NCBI GenBank assembly: GCA_023379055.1
Contig: JAMCSX010000004.1
Location: forward strand, 1 to 42,066
DNA length: 42,066 nt
Direction: 5' to 3'
Origin: Candidatus Marsarchaeota archaeon
GTDB taxonomy: Archaea > Micrarchaeota > Micrarchaeia > Micrarchaeales > CABMGC01
Under the pieces are notes generated by a model. It made no database searches, was not told the origin of the DNA, and was given only the letters and a program-made list of their open reading frames with translations. Within the stretch, counting starts at the first letter, position 1, and each line of letters starts with the position of its first letter. Positions 18,661 to 28,981 of the stretch are shown piece by piece. A program made the translations under genes and the position numbers.

Positions 18661-18881
18661 ATAATCTACACTATTCCTGCCGTATATCTTGATTCATTGG
18701 CCTAGATCCGACTGGTAAAAGTCAAGATGGGGATTCTAGGCTTGGTCACTTGGTTAGTTCGAAGCAACGAAGCCAAGTAGACAACGGAATCTGATTGGAC
18801 ATAAGTCTTTAATCTCCTTAGTTACTATCTATGGAAAAACAAGGCCGCGCTCAGAAAATATTAGCACTGCGGAGTGACTAC

Positions 18882-20042
18882 ATGCCAAGGATATCCAGGA
18901 CAACCTACATAATAATACTTCTTGGCATAGTCAGCCTGTTTGCGGACTTCACGTATGAGGGTGGGCGAAGTATAATTCCTCAGTTCTTCACTACTACGCT
19001 TGGAGGATCCGTATCACTTCTCGGGATAGTGGTGGGGCTTGCGGATTTTATTGGCTATGGGTTCAGGATAGTCAGCGGGCGGCTGGTAGACAAAACAAGG
19101 AAATATTGGGCGCTAATATTCTCTGGCTATGCTATAAATCTCGCATCACTGCCCCTTCTTGCAATTACCGGGAACTACTGGATAGCTGCAGTATTGATCT
19201 TCTCAGAGCGCTTTGGTAAGGCTGTTCGTTCCCCTCCGAAGGATTTCGTAGTCTCAACGCTTGCAAAGAGCGGGAGAGTAGGCCGGGCATTTATGATAAA
19301 CCAGGCCCTTGACCAGACCGGAGCAGTTATGGGTGCCATAGCAATGTCTGTTGTGCTGCTTCTAGGATACGGGTACAGGTCGGGATTCGCAATCCTCGCT
19401 GTACCTGCCCTGCTCAGCATGGCCTTCCTGTTTGTATCTTACAGGAGATACATGGCGGCAAGGCTGCCAAGGAGAAAGGTAAGCGCTGCAGCAGGGCTCA
19501 CTAAGGGGCAGTTCCTCTTGTATTCTGCTGGTGTTGGGATAAGCGCTGCAGGTCTGTACAATGTTGCATTCATGCTCTACGGATCGCAGGCAGTGGCTAG
19601 CCGGTTTGTGATACCGCTCATATTCCTTGTTGCAATGATAGGCGAGGGGGCTTTCGGTGCATTGTTCGGATTTTTATATGACAGGATGGGCAAGAACCTT
19701 GCATACTTCGGTCTATTATTCGCTATTGCGATTCCAATGGCTATAGCAGTGCCTTCATTAACAGCATTCGTTATCGGAGCGTTGCTGTTCGGGGCTGCGA
19801 TGGGAATACACGACACTGTGATGAGGTCCGTAGTCGGTGACCTTGTGAAAAAGGAGAACAGGGGATATGCATTTGGAGTGTTCAATGCGTTTTATGGTTC
19901 AGGGCTGTTCATTGCAAGCGCAGTGGTGGGCATCATGTACTCTTCGTCGGCGTTCGTAACTTATTATGTAGCGGCAATGCAGGCTGTTGCTGCGATAATA
20001 ATGTTCGTATCGTTCAGGCGTCAGGCAATCCAAATAAGGTAG
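18882..20042 (+). CDS. MFS transporter
   Basis: LGIVSLFADFTYEG.RS, SG.L.D.T..YW, ERFGKA.R.PP.D; ~12 TM; ATG 18882 or 18831. Confidence 0.9.
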   Translation: MPRISRTTYIIILLGIVSLFADFTYEGGRSIIPQFFTTTLGGSVSLLGIVVGLADFIGYGFRIVSGRLVDKTRKYWALIFSGYAINLASLPLLAITGNYWIAAVLIFSERFGKAVRSPPKDFVVSTLAKSGRVGRAFMINQALDQTGAVMGAIAMSVVLLLGYGYRSGFAILAVPALLSMAFLFVSYRRYMAARLPRRKVSAAAGLTKGQFLLYSAGVGISAAGLYNVAFMLYGSQAVASRFVIPLIFLVAMIGEGAFGALFGFLYDRMGKNLAYFGLLFAIAIPMAIAVPSLTAFVIGALLFGAAMGIHDTVMRSVVGDLVKKENRGYAFGVFNAFYGSGLFIASAVVGIMYSSSAFVTYYVAAMQAVAAIIMFVSFRRQAIQIR

Positions 20043-20156
20043 TATGTCAGAAGAGATGGAATACAAGTGCAAGAGCCATTGCAAGCACGACCACTAAGGA
20101 CAAGGCCATTGCCATTATTCTTGGCCTGCTCATGCCCCATTTCAGTGCAGTATCCA

Positions 20157-21980
20157 TCAACGCCAACGTGACACCCTACCACCATTATGCCTGGAATCGA
20201 GAGGAGCATCGCTCCGCCCTCTTCCGCGCCCAGAGCCAAGCCGCTCTTCAATTTTCCTTATCCTTACTTCGTCTGCAGCCTCCTCTTCGCCTATCTCCCT
20301 CTCGAGCTTGTCCTCCGGAGCGCCGTGGACATACTTCTTGCCTCTCATCAACGACGCTGCCGCCGCAATGAAAGACAGTGCAGCACCTATGTAGAAAGAC
20401 AGGTCAAGCGACTGCATAAACGAAGGCGCTATGGCATTTGGGAACCAGCTCTGTGAGGTTATTGTTGCAAGGGTCTTGTTAGTAATCGCAGCTACATCAG
20501 ACTGTGGGAGCTGCATTAAAAGTGACTTTACCGGATTGTAGCCGAGGAATGTGGCGAAAAGCGCAGTAGTAGGCGGGATCCTTGCCGCATCGTTAGCAAC
20601 TATCTGCGGCGCGCCTGCCATGGATATTGCGTGTGAGAGTGCTGCTGGCAGCGATGCGGAAAGGCTGAGTATAACTATTGTAAAAAATATGGCAAGGCTT
20701 GCGGTTGCTCCTGTATTCTGCAATGTTGCGCGCATTCCTGATGCCGCGCCCCTATTCTCAGGAGGTACCGAATTCATTATAGATGCAGTATTTGGGGCAG
20801 CAAACATGCCACTCCCCATTCCCATGACCAGGAGTATTGCAGCAAATTCAAAATACGTGAAGTTGAAAGGCAATGCTGCAAGTATTATGAATGCTATACC
20901 TGAGACGACCATGCCTCCAGTTGCAAGAATCCTTGCACCATGCTTGTCAGAAAGCCAGCCGCTTAAAGGCCCCATAAATACGAATCCGAACAGCATCGGT
21001 ATCATGTATATACCTGACCAGAATGGCGTTTCAGCGAAGCTGTATCCATGAAGTGGTAGCCATATGCCCTGCAGAAGTATTATTAGGAGGATGAATACGC
21101 CTCCACGCGCCATGGACCCGAGCATGCCTGCGATGTTTGCGGCAGAGAACATCCTTATGCTGAACAGTTCCAGCCTGAACATGGGATCCCTCGCCGCTTT
21201 TTCTACAAATATGAACGCTATAAGAAGGACGAATCCTGTTGCAAGGCTTGCCATGACAAATGGGTTTGACCATCCCATCGGGCTGCTCCCGTATGGCAGA
21301 AGCCCGTACGTTACCCCTACAAGAAGCAGGGTCAGTCCTATGGCGAATGTGGCATTTCCGTATATGTCGAGCATCTGGCCCTTCTTCTGCTTCCCAAGCT
21401 CCCTGAGCTTGAGATATGACCATATCGTTCCGGCTATTCCCACTGGCACGCTTACAAGGAATATTATCCTCCAGTCTATTACTGCAAGGATCCCGCCAAG
21501 CAGTAGACCGAGCAGAGACCCCACAAGCGCAGCGACCTGGTTTATTCCAAGCGCCTTGCCCCTCTCGTTGTATGGAAATGCGTCTGTGATTATTGCGGCG
21601 CTGTTTGCAAAAAGGAATGCGCTTCCTATTGCCTGAATAATCCTAAATGCTATAAGTTCCAATGCGCCTGCTGCGCCTGTGCCAGGCGTAAGGAACAGAA
21701 GCACCGAACCTATTGTAAATATAAGGAATCCCATGTTATACAGCCTTACCCTGCCGAACATGTCGGATAATCTCCCAAATGTAACAAGGAGCGTGGCGGT
21801 TATTATGTTGTATCCAAAGAGAAGCCAAAGCAGATACTGGAACGCATTCCCTGAAAGAGGATTCAGGTGTATTCCGTTGAATATGGCTGGGATAGAGATC
21901 AGTAGGATGTTGGAGTTTATGGTGGCCATAAGTACTCCAAGCGTTGTGTTCGACAATGCAATCCATTTATACTGAACCAT
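20157..21980 (-). CDS. MFS drug:H+ antiporter (DHA2-like, 14-TM)
   Basis: [40 protein letters not shown]. Confidence 0.92.
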   Translation of the reverse strand: MVQYKWIALSNTTLGVLMATINSNILLISIPAIFNGIHLNPLSGNAFQYLLWLLFGYNIITATLLVTFGRLSDMFGRVRLYNMGFLIFTIGSVLLFLTPGTGAAGALELIAFRIIQAIGSAFLFANSAAIITDAFPYNERGKALGINQVAALVGSLLGLLLGGILAVIDWRIIFLVSVPVGIAGTIWSYLKLRELGKQKKGQMLDIYGNATFAIGLTLLLVGVTYGLLPYGSSPMGWSNPFVMASLATGFVLLIAFIFVEKAARDPMFRLELFSIRMFSAANIAGMLGSMARGGVFILLIILLQGIWLPLHGYSFAETPFWSGIYMIPMLFGFVFMGPLSGWLSDKHGARILATGGMVVSGIAFIILAALPFNFTYFEFAAILLVMGMGSGMFAAPNTASIMNSVPPENRGAASGMRATLQNTGATASLAIFFTIVILSLSASLPAALSHAISMAGAPQIVANDAARIPPTTALFATFLGYNPVKSLLMQLPQSDVAAITNKTLATITSQSWFPNAIAPSFMQSLDLSFYIGAALSFIAAAASLMRGKKYVHGAPEDKLEREIGEEEAADEVRIRKIEERLGSGRGRGRSDAPLDSRHNGGRVSRWR

Positions 21981-22197
21981 GAGACCAACTGACCTGAACA
22001 AATAGCTTGGAGGTATATCTGCGCCAGCTTCTAATAAAGCTTTCGAAAGATCCTCTTATTTTGTATGCGGCTGCAGTGGGCGCTGCGACATTGGCACTGG
22101 GATATTTCACCAAAGATGATCCGCAGAAGCTTAAGGGGAGTATGGGGCCACTGATTAAGAAACGTTGATCTGGTTGCAGGTATGCGGTCCATGCCGC

Positions 22198-22413
22198 CTA
22201 ATGTGCATGTTCAATCCTACAGTGATAGTTCCTTCTGTAGATTGAATCGATAAGGAATCTCTGCCGTTTGCTCCATTCTTTATTGCTGGTGTGCTTAAGT
22301 CACTCTGCATAGAGCTTTACAAACCTCCGGTTGTCTTCAAAATTCTGTTTCTTGCTTTCTTCAAGTTCACGAAAGAACTTTCTGCGATTTTTTACGCCAA
22401 GTATATTTGTTAT
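22198..22413 (-). pseudogene. small hypothetical gene with an in-frame TGA, probably from TGG
   Basis: ITNILGVKNRRKFFRELEESKKQNFEDNRRFVKLYAE*LKHTSNKEWSKRQRFLIDSIY..; stop at 22300-22302. Confidence 0.4.
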
Positions 22414-22561
22414 ACGTCTTCCAGTATTCTTTTAGCTGGTTACCAACGCCGCTTGTCTCGTCCATATGCTTACTGTAGTTTGGGGTTGCGGATATATGGC
22501 GTTAACGTCGCAATTGGGCTTTGTACGCTTAAATATAGCTGCGTATATACGAGCAGTCCGG

Positions 22562-22945
22562 CTATCCTTCGTATTTGATTCCCACTATACTTCCTGCAAA
22601 TGCAAACACGAAACCTAAAAAGAATCCGCCAAAAGCCACTGCAAGGCTGAAGAAACTTAATAACATTGCAAGTATAGACCACACCTTGACTCTGCTTACG
22701 TCCGTACTGTTTACCATGAAACCGCAGCCAATTAAGGCTATACCACAAAGTGCTGCAGGTAGCCATATAAATGCAACCAAGCCATTGAAAAATATGTACG
22801 CAAGGCTCAAGTGGAATATGTATGGATACACTTTCAAGTAATATAATGCGAAGAATGCTGCAAGGCTTTCTGCCAATACTAACAATCCGCCCAATACGAG
22901 CAAAATCACCGCAGTAACAGGCTTCCTTTTTGCTACCAAAGACAT
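22562..22945 (-). CDS. hypothetical 4-TM membrane protein
   Basis: P..A..L...GG.L at the N-terminus and GGFFLG...A.AG at the C-terminus. Confidence 0.75.
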   Translation of the reverse strand: MSLVAKRKPVTAVILLVLGGLLVLAESLAAFFALYYLKVYPYIFHLSLAYIFFNGLVAFIWLPAALCGIALIGCGFMVNSTDVSRVKVWSILAMLLSFFSLAVAFGGFFLGFVFAFAGSIVGIKYEG

Positions 22946-23005
22946 ATGAATCTATCTGACAGAAAGCGTTTTATACCTTTCCATGTAAAGGTGAGCGGAG
23001 ATCAT

Positions 23006-23665
23006 ATGAAATATATTATTGTTGGAGAAGATATGCAGACACTTAGTGTAAATCTCAAGAAGGGCGAAACATTTTATGCAAATCCAGGGCATTTTGTCAG
23101 GAAGGATAACAATATAAATATGAGCGCGCGGGCAGTAGGGGGCGCAACAGGCGGGCTTGTTAGGGCATTCACTGGAACAGGCATTTTTCTCGCAGAATTC
23201 ACTGCAAACGATGATGGCGCGGTGGCTCTTGCAGGCATTCTGCCAGGCAAGGTATTACAATTTGACCTTGAGGAAGGCGAGGAGATTCTTGTGGAGCATT
23301 TCGCTTACCTCGCTTCCACAACAGGAAACATAGAGATCCAGACTGTGTCGCTAGGATCTGCATTCTTTGGCGGTGCAGGCTTATTCTTACAAAGGCACAA
23401 GGGGCCACAGACAATCTTTATACATGTGATTGGAGGCGCAGTTGAAGCGGACCTTGATGGTAAATTAGAAGTGCAGATAGAGCCAGGTCATTTGGCAGCC
23501 TTCCAACCCTCACTAAATTATGATATAAAATATGTGGGTAATCTTAGAGCTGCAGTACTTGGTGGGGCTGGGCTCTTCTTTGCAAACTTTACTGGTAAGG
23601 GCAAGATTATCTGCCATAGCGCATCAAGGTTCGCCTTCATGTCTCAATCTGGAGGCAGACGGTAA
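23006..23665 (+). CDS. AIM24/TIGR00266-family protein
   Basis: Y.I.G..MQ.L.V.L..GE, repeated FGG.GLFL..GG.GLF..F.G.G; RBS GGTGAG. Confidence 0.88.
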   Translation: MKYIIVGEDMQTLSVNLKKGETFYANPGHFVRKDNNINMSARAVGGATGGLVRAFTGTGIFLAEFTANDDGAVALAGILPGKVLQFDLEEGEEILVEHFAYLASTTGNIEIQTVSLGSAFFGGAGLFLQRHKGPQTIFIHVIGGAVEADLDGKLEVQIEPGHLAAFQPSLNYDIKYVGNLRAAVLGGAGLFFANFTGKGKIICHSASRFAFMSQSGGRR

Positions 23666-23727
23666 ACGCGAACTCGGTTCAGACCTCGCCTCTTAGGTAA
23701 ACTATCCAATTCTAACCTTACGTCGGA

Positions 23728-23870
23728 TGGGGTTGCCGGGATTTGAACCCGGATTTGCAGGTGGCACCTATTCACAAAATCATTGCTCCAAATCCTAATC
23801 ACAGCCATCTGCTCATAAATTTTTATAAACATCTGGAGCCTGCCGCGCTGCCAAGTTACGCTACAACCCC
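23728..23870 (-). tRNA. tRNA-Trp(CCA) with a 70-nt intron at 37/38
   Basis: Acceptor GGGGTTG/CAACCCC, anticodon stem GCAGG/CCTGC with CT-CCA-G|A, T arm CCGGG-TTCAAAT-CCCGG; relaxed BHB around intron 23763-23832. Confidence 0.95.
23763..23832 (-). ncRNA. intron-encoded box C/D guide sRNA
   Basis: TTTGGAGC-A-ATGA is complementary to the anticodon arm, with the +5 rule giving C34; second guide GCAGATGGC spans the 3' splice junction. Confidence 0.75.
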
Positions 23871-23931
23871 TCTCAGTATTACTTGGGAATACTAATTTTT
23901 ATACGTTAAGTATGCCATATATTCATTACTG

Positions 23932-24789
23932 TTGGATTCAATGTCTTTTGTAAATAAGGCAGGCATGATATTTGCAAGGAAATGGATAGGTGGAATAACA
24001 ATCAGTGACGTACTTGCAGTGTGCAAGAACCTCAATAACCATGGTGAGCATGTAATAATAAATTACCTTGGAGAAGACTATACCGACGAATTAAAGACCA
24101 AATCAAGCACTGGCAAATACGTTTGCCTTATACGTGAGATGAAGAAGCTCAAAATAAATGGCGACATAGCATTGAAGCCCACGCAGCTCGGCCTCAGAAT
24201 AAATTACGGCATGTTTCTATCAAATTATGAAAAAATAGTGAATTATGCGGATAGGCACAGAATACGCGTGTGGCTGGATATGGAGGATTATATGTTAGTT
24301 GACGATACGATACGTGCATACCTGCATGAGCTTAAGTTACACAAAAATGTTGGCATATGCATCCAGTCCAAGCTTAAGAGAAGCACTGATGACATAAGGC
24401 GAATAACCGGGAAGGGGGGCATGATAAGACTGGTCAAGGGTGCATATCCTGCAAGAAGTGGCATAACCTATCTTAATAAGTGGGACATAGATACAAGCTA
24501 TATACATTGTATGAAATACCTATTCAAGCACTCGAATCGATTCATGATAGCTACGCATGACGATAGTATGATAGACCTTGCCCGAGATCTTGAGATTGAT
24601 TACAATAAGAGCGTGATGTTTGCGATGCTGAAGGGCATAAGGGGGAAGCTGGCATTACAGCTGGTCTCTGATAAAGAGAACGTTTACATCTACGTTCCGT
24701 TCGGGGAAGACTGGGTAGAATACTCGGCAAGGAGGCTTAAAGAACTTGAGCACTCACTGCTTATATTGCGTTCAATAATAAGTGGATGA
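23932..24789 (+). CDS. monofunctional proline dehydrogenase
   Basis: ARKWIGG, NYLGE, LKPTQLG, WLDMED, IRLVKGAY, IATHD, MLKGIR, YVPFG..W..Y..RRL.E. Confidence 0.93.
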   Translation: MDSMSFVNKAGMIFARKWIGGITISDVLAVCKNLNNHGEHVIINYLGEDYTDELKTKSSTGKYVCLIREMKKLKINGDIALKPTQLGLRINYGMFLSNYEKIVNYADRHRIRVWLDMEDYMLVDDTIRAYLHELKLHKNVGICIQSKLKRSTDDIRRITGKGGMIRLVKGAYPARSGITYLNKWDIDTSYIHCMKYLFKHSNRFMIATHDDSMIDLARDLEIDYNKSVMFAMLKGIRGKLALQLVSDKENVYIYVPFGEDWVEYSARRLKELEHSLLILRSIISG

Positions 24790-25396
24790 TGCAATGAAAA
24801 AATTAATATTATTTGACCTTGGCGGTGTAGTGAACAAATATGCTGATGAAGCATACTACAACTACTTCTACAGGCTAAACGGATTTACAAAGAAGCAGGT
24901 AGATCGTAAGCTCAGAAATACTGTAAATAAATTTGAAAGTGGCATGCTAAGTCTATCTGAATTCGAGAGATGCGTGGCAGTTGACTTTGGCATACTTCCT
25001 GAGCAGGTAAAATGGATAGAATTCTTCAAAAAACTCGCAAGGCTGGACCATGGGACGGTCTCTATAATAAAGCGACTTAAGCCCAACTACAAGATTGCTT
25101 TTCTGTCAAATGTGGACCGATGGAGGTATAACTACGCAATGGTCCACACCTACAATAAGACAAAAAAACTCTTTGATTATAAATTTGCATCCTTCAAACT
25201 TGGTTTAGTCAAGCCAAATCCGCTCATATACAAAAAAGTGCTGAAGGCAACAAGAACAAAGCCTTCGGAGGTCGTATTCATAGACAATTCCATTAAAAAC
25301 GTAAAGGCCGCCCGCTCAATTGGCATAACCTCAATACATTTCAGAAATGCCAGAAAGCTAAGGTTACAATTAAAAAGGTTGGGCGTCAAATTCTAA
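24782..25396 (+). CDS. HAD-superfamily phosphatase (YihX-like)
   Basis: FDLGGV, LSN, KP.P.IY, FIDN...NV.AA..GI. Confidence 0.9.
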   Translation: MDDAMKKLILFDLGGVVNKYADEAYYNYFYRLNGFTKKQVDRKLRNTVNKFESGMLSLSEFERCVAVDFGILPEQVKWIEFFKKLARLDHGTVSIIKRLKPNYKIAFLSNVDRWRYNYAMVHTYNKTKKLFDYKFASFKLGLVKPNPLIYKKVLKATRTKPSEVVFIDNSIKNVKAARSIGITSIHFRNARKLRLQLKRLGVKF

Positions 25397-26856
25397 TGGT
25401 GCTGAGTTTGGCTGAAAAGGAGATGGTAGGGCATATAAATGCCAAGAAGTCAGAGAATTTCTCTGAATGGTATACTCAGGTGCTGATAAGGTCTGGATTC
25501 ATTGATTATAGCGAAGTATCCGGGTGCATAATTTTCAGGCCTCCGGCATATGCGGCTTGGCAGCTAGTCGTAGACGCTACAGATCGGGAATTCAAGAAGG
25601 ATGGCATAGATGACGTATACTTCCCGCTTCTTATACCTGAAAAGCTGCTGCAAAAAGAGCAGGAGCACCTCAAGGGCTTTACTCCAGAGGTTGCGTGGGT
25701 AACACATACTGGCAATACAAAGCTTGATGAACGGCTTGCAGTAAGGCCAACATCAGAGACCATAATGTACGCAAGCTATTCGAAGTGGATAAGGTCATGG
25801 AGAGATCTGCCCCTTAGGTATAATCAGTGGAACAACGTCCTGAGATGGGAGTTTAAGCATCCGACACCATTTATACGCTCCAGGGAGTTTCTGTGGAATG
25901 AAGGCCATAGCGCATTCGCTTCTAAAGAGGATGCAATCGCAGAGAGGGACAGGATAATAAAAATATACCTGCGAATCCTGAAAGACTATCTTGCACTTCC
26001 TGGAATAGTGGGTAAGAAGACTGACAGCGAGAAATTTGCAGGAGCTGTAGAGAGTTACAGCATAGAGCACATAATGCCTGACGGATTGGCATTGCAGGGT
26101 CCTGACCATCACTTTGACGGTCAGAATTTTTCAAAACCTTTTGAAATCAAATTTCTGGATAAGGACGGGGCTTGGGACTATGCATGGCAGACGACTTACG
26201 CAATCTCAACGAGAGAATTCGGCGTGATGGTTGCAACGCATGGTGATGATAAGGGGCTTGTAATACCACCGAAGCTTGCCTACCTGCAGGTCGTAATAGT
26301 GCCGATATATAGGAAGGACAATAAAGAAGCGGTAAATCAGTACTCCTCAAACGTGTACGGCGTGCTCAATATGCATTTCCGTACAAGGCTTGATGATAGG
26401 GAGGGATATTCGCCAGGTTTCAAGTACAACGAGTGGGAGATGAAGGGCGTACCTATACGAATAGAAATTGGTGAAAGGGACATGTCAGCTAATATGGTAA
26501 CTGTTATTAGAAGGGATACTGGGGAGAAGCAGCAGGTAAATGTTAACGACATACACAGCAAGGTTGCAAACCTTCTGGAAGAGATACATTCTAATCTCTA
26601 TGAGAATGCAGTCAGATTCCTAAACGACCACGTACATGTAGCAAACACATACGACGAATTCAAAAAGATCCTCAAGGAAAAAGGAGGTATAATAACTGCG
26701 CCTTGGTGCGGAAGTGCCGGGTGTGAAGCAAGGATGAAGGAGGAAAATGGGACAAAAATAACAAATCTGCCGCTCGAACATGAAAAGGTAGCAGACAAAT
26801 GCATATACTGCGGAAAGGAATCCGGTATTGCAGCTAATTTTGCAAGATCTTATTGA
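25396..26856 (+). CDS. proS: proline--tRNA ligase (archaeal/eukaryal type)
   Basis: FSEWY, FTPEVAWVT, RPTSET, QWNNV.RWE, REFLW.EGH, C-terminal FARSY. Confidence 0.97.
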   Translation: MVLSLAEKEMVGHINAKKSENFSEWYTQVLIRSGFIDYSEVSGCIIFRPPAYAAWQLVVDATDREFKKDGIDDVYFPLLIPEKLLQKEQEHLKGFTPEVAWVTHTGNTKLDERLAVRPTSETIMYASYSKWIRSWRDLPLRYNQWNNVLRWEFKHPTPFIRSREFLWNEGHSAFASKEDAIAERDRIIKIYLRILKDYLALPGIVGKKTDSEKFAGAVESYSIEHIMPDGLALQGPDHHFDGQNFSKPFEIKFLDKDGAWDYAWQTTYAISTREFGVMVATHGDDKGLVIPPKLAYLQVVIVPIYRKDNKEAVNQYSSNVYGVLNMHFRTRLDDREGYSPGFKYNEWEMKGVPIRIEIGERDMSANMVTVIRRDTGEKQQVNVNDIHSKVANLLEEIHSNLYENAVRFLNDHVHVANTYDEFKKILKEKGGIITAPWCGSAGCEARMKEENGTKITNLPLEHEKVADKCIYCGKESGIAANFARSY

Positions 26857-27244
26857 GAAAATGTCAGAGACTCTCTTTTTCATCATTAATCAGAAATACC
26901 TCGTCTCATCATCCAATATTTATGGGAAACACTGAAATAATAAGTTGATGTCTTCGTATATCTAAACACATTCCTCCACTGTCATCGGTTTATCAACTTA
27001 ATCATCATCGAATCAGAAATACCCTACCCTCCACACAAACATAACACTATGGAGATATCTGCAAATACAGATGCAGCATATGGCGCAAGAAATGCTGCAG
27101 GGATCTGTATATGTCCTATCACACACCATTGGGGTACTGTCTACAAATAAAATGCCACGGCATAAAATTTGGATTATTGAATTCCGCAGAGTGTGGTGCT
27201 TTGACGATTGCAAAGAAGGGATGAAGTCGTTTGCTAGGCCAAGT

Positions 27245-27278
27245 TATTTAATGTTTATTACTATTTAATGTTTATTAC
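27245..27278. repeat. 17-bp perfect tandem duplication TATTTAATGTTTATTAC over the promoter of the next gene
   Basis: Copies at 27245-27261 and 27262-27278. Confidence 0.9.
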
Positions 27279-27299
27279 GTTAGATAGGTGGATGTGGAT

Positions 27300-28916
27300 A
27301 TGGCAAACGATGTCGCAAAAGAGAGATACGTAGAAGAGAAATACGTAGATCTGTACGGTGAGATCAATGTACCTCCCAACGTATACAATGCGCCACACAA
27401 GGGATACAAGCACTCAATGCGTACATATGTGTGGATTACCCTGCTGATACTTGGGGTTATGTCGGCGTTATGGTTCGTACTGGGCATAGTGCCGAACGCG
27501 GGAGGTACAATACCTCCCTCATTTGTCTTCGGGCCTTCAGACATGTTCTTCCATTCTATCGCGATAGGCATAACCGCGCTGATTGTATATTTTGTAATAA
27601 TGGCATTTGACTTGGACAAATACGAGCCGAACATAGACTTCCCCATAGCGTACAGGGCGCTCATTGCCACAATACTCGGGGCAGTCGCGGCATTTTTCTA
27701 CTTATCCCCGATCTTCAATGCAGCTACCGAACCAATAACTGATATAATCATGTTCTTGGCGCTCCTGTTCCTCGCTGATGTTGGTGGGGCACTTATAGTT
27801 GAGCTATACCTGCTTCCGGTGAAGCTCACTGGAAAATACAACCCAAGAAATAATTGGATGGGGATGTTCCCCCGCTGGAAAGAGCTCCCGAAATGGAGCG
27901 ACTTTAGAAAGATGGATTCAGCGTATTGGTTGGTACTTACCGCGGTTGTCGTCACGTTTGTGGCCGGAATAATGGGTTTCATTGCGCTCTGGGTTAATCC
28001 ATATCACGTGTTCATAGCCGCTCCAGCATTCCTCAACGGATATGAGAACTGGCTCGGAGGCACTGCAGCGTTCATTAATGCGCTGGTAGGATCACACTCG
28101 CATGTCATAGGCATGTCAGTGATACTGGGCGTCGTGGCCGTGGTTGCAAAGAGGTTCGGGGTGCTGGACCTTAAAGGGCTGAAAAGGAGCGTTGCAAAGT
28201 TTGGCATGTGGGTCAGCATTACGGGTCTCATTATAATGACTGTGGTTTTCCTCTTTGAAGCATTTGCCGCATTTACGCCTCCGCTGCTGTTTGCAAGCAA
28301 CCCCGGAGGACCGCTGCAGCTCATATCGTATACCGCAGTCAACGGAATGGCGAGTGATGACAGCACGATGTTCCTCGCCAGTATAGGGGCTATGATAATG
28401 CTAATTCCATTGATGCTCACGGAAATAAAGGGCAGGTCTGCGTGGAAGGATCCGCTGAGGCTCTCCATACTGGCCACTTGGGTAATCGCCTACATAGCGA
28501 CGCCTATAGAGGGCTTCTATATTGAGTTCCATGAGGCCACCTTAAGCGGCATGCCACCGGACATAGTCTTTGGCAACCTGCAGTACTTCGCGCTTTTCGC
28601 AATAACCATGATCACGCTTGCGTTCCTCGCGGTCGACTTCTTTCAAGCAGATAAGAAAGCTAGGAAGATGGTGTCCGTAGCCGGAATACTCGTGACTCTG
28701 TTTGCTCTCGTCACAGGATTCATATATGTGTTTCTCGACCCTGGCGCACTGGAAGGCAACCATCTTGCAGGCACGACCACATGGGGCTATGTGTTCTCAT
28801 TCGGATTGGTGCTGATATCTGCGGTGGTCATATACGCAATGCTTAAGGTGCACTCAGGCAGCAAGCACCAGATACCTATGGTAAGGCCAATCGCAGCAAA
28901 GAGCATTACAACATAA
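27300..28916 (+). CDS. polytopic membrane protein with intramembrane histidines, function unknown
   Basis: About 12-13 TM; FFHSIAIG, GSHSHVIGMS, EFHEA; co-oriented with heme O synthase. Confidence 0.8.
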   Translation: MANDVAKERYVEEKYVDLYGEINVPPNVYNAPHKGYKHSMRTYVWITLLILGVMSALWFVLGIVPNAGGTIPPSFVFGPSDMFFHSIAIGITALIVYFVIMAFDLDKYEPNIDFPIAYRALIATILGAVAAFFYLSPIFNAATEPITDIIMFLALLFLADVGGALIVELYLLPVKLTGKYNPRNNWMGMFPRWKELPKWSDFRKMDSAYWLVLTAVVVTFVAGIMGFIALWVNPYHVFIAAPAFLNGYENWLGGTAAFINALVGSHSHVIGMSVILGVVAVVAKRFGVLDLKGLKRSVAKFGMWVSITGLIIMTVVFLFEAFAAFTPPLLFASNPGGPLQLISYTAVNGMASDDSTMFLASIGAMIMLIPLMLTEIKGRSAWKDPLRLSILATWVIAYIATPIEGFYIEFHEATLSGMPPDIVFGNLQYFALFAITMITLAFLAVDFFQADKKARKMVSVAGILVTLFALVTGFIYVFLDPGALEGNHLAGTTTWGYVFSFGLVLISAVVIYAMLKVHSGSKHQIPMVRPIAAKSITT

Positions 28917-28981
28917 CGCCCCCACCTACATCAGAGTAATAAAAAAGATGAAAACTCCCACAAGGATAGAAAGTGGATCAA

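Noticed and set aside
20551-21975. Long plus-strand ORFs (166, 190, 98 aa)
   Set aside because: Antisense shadows of the MFS gene
11132-22302. TGA recoding suggested by in-frame TGAs at 11132 and 22300
   Set aside because: TGA is the natural stop of conserved genes here (proS, nfo, gnd, cyoE), and the tRNA-Trp anticodon is CCA
26881-27268. Repeat CATCAT..AATCAGAAATACC (~26881 and ~27003) and short Cys-rich ORFs
   Set aside because: Two imperfect copies only; ORFs lack motifs and look like decayed sequence
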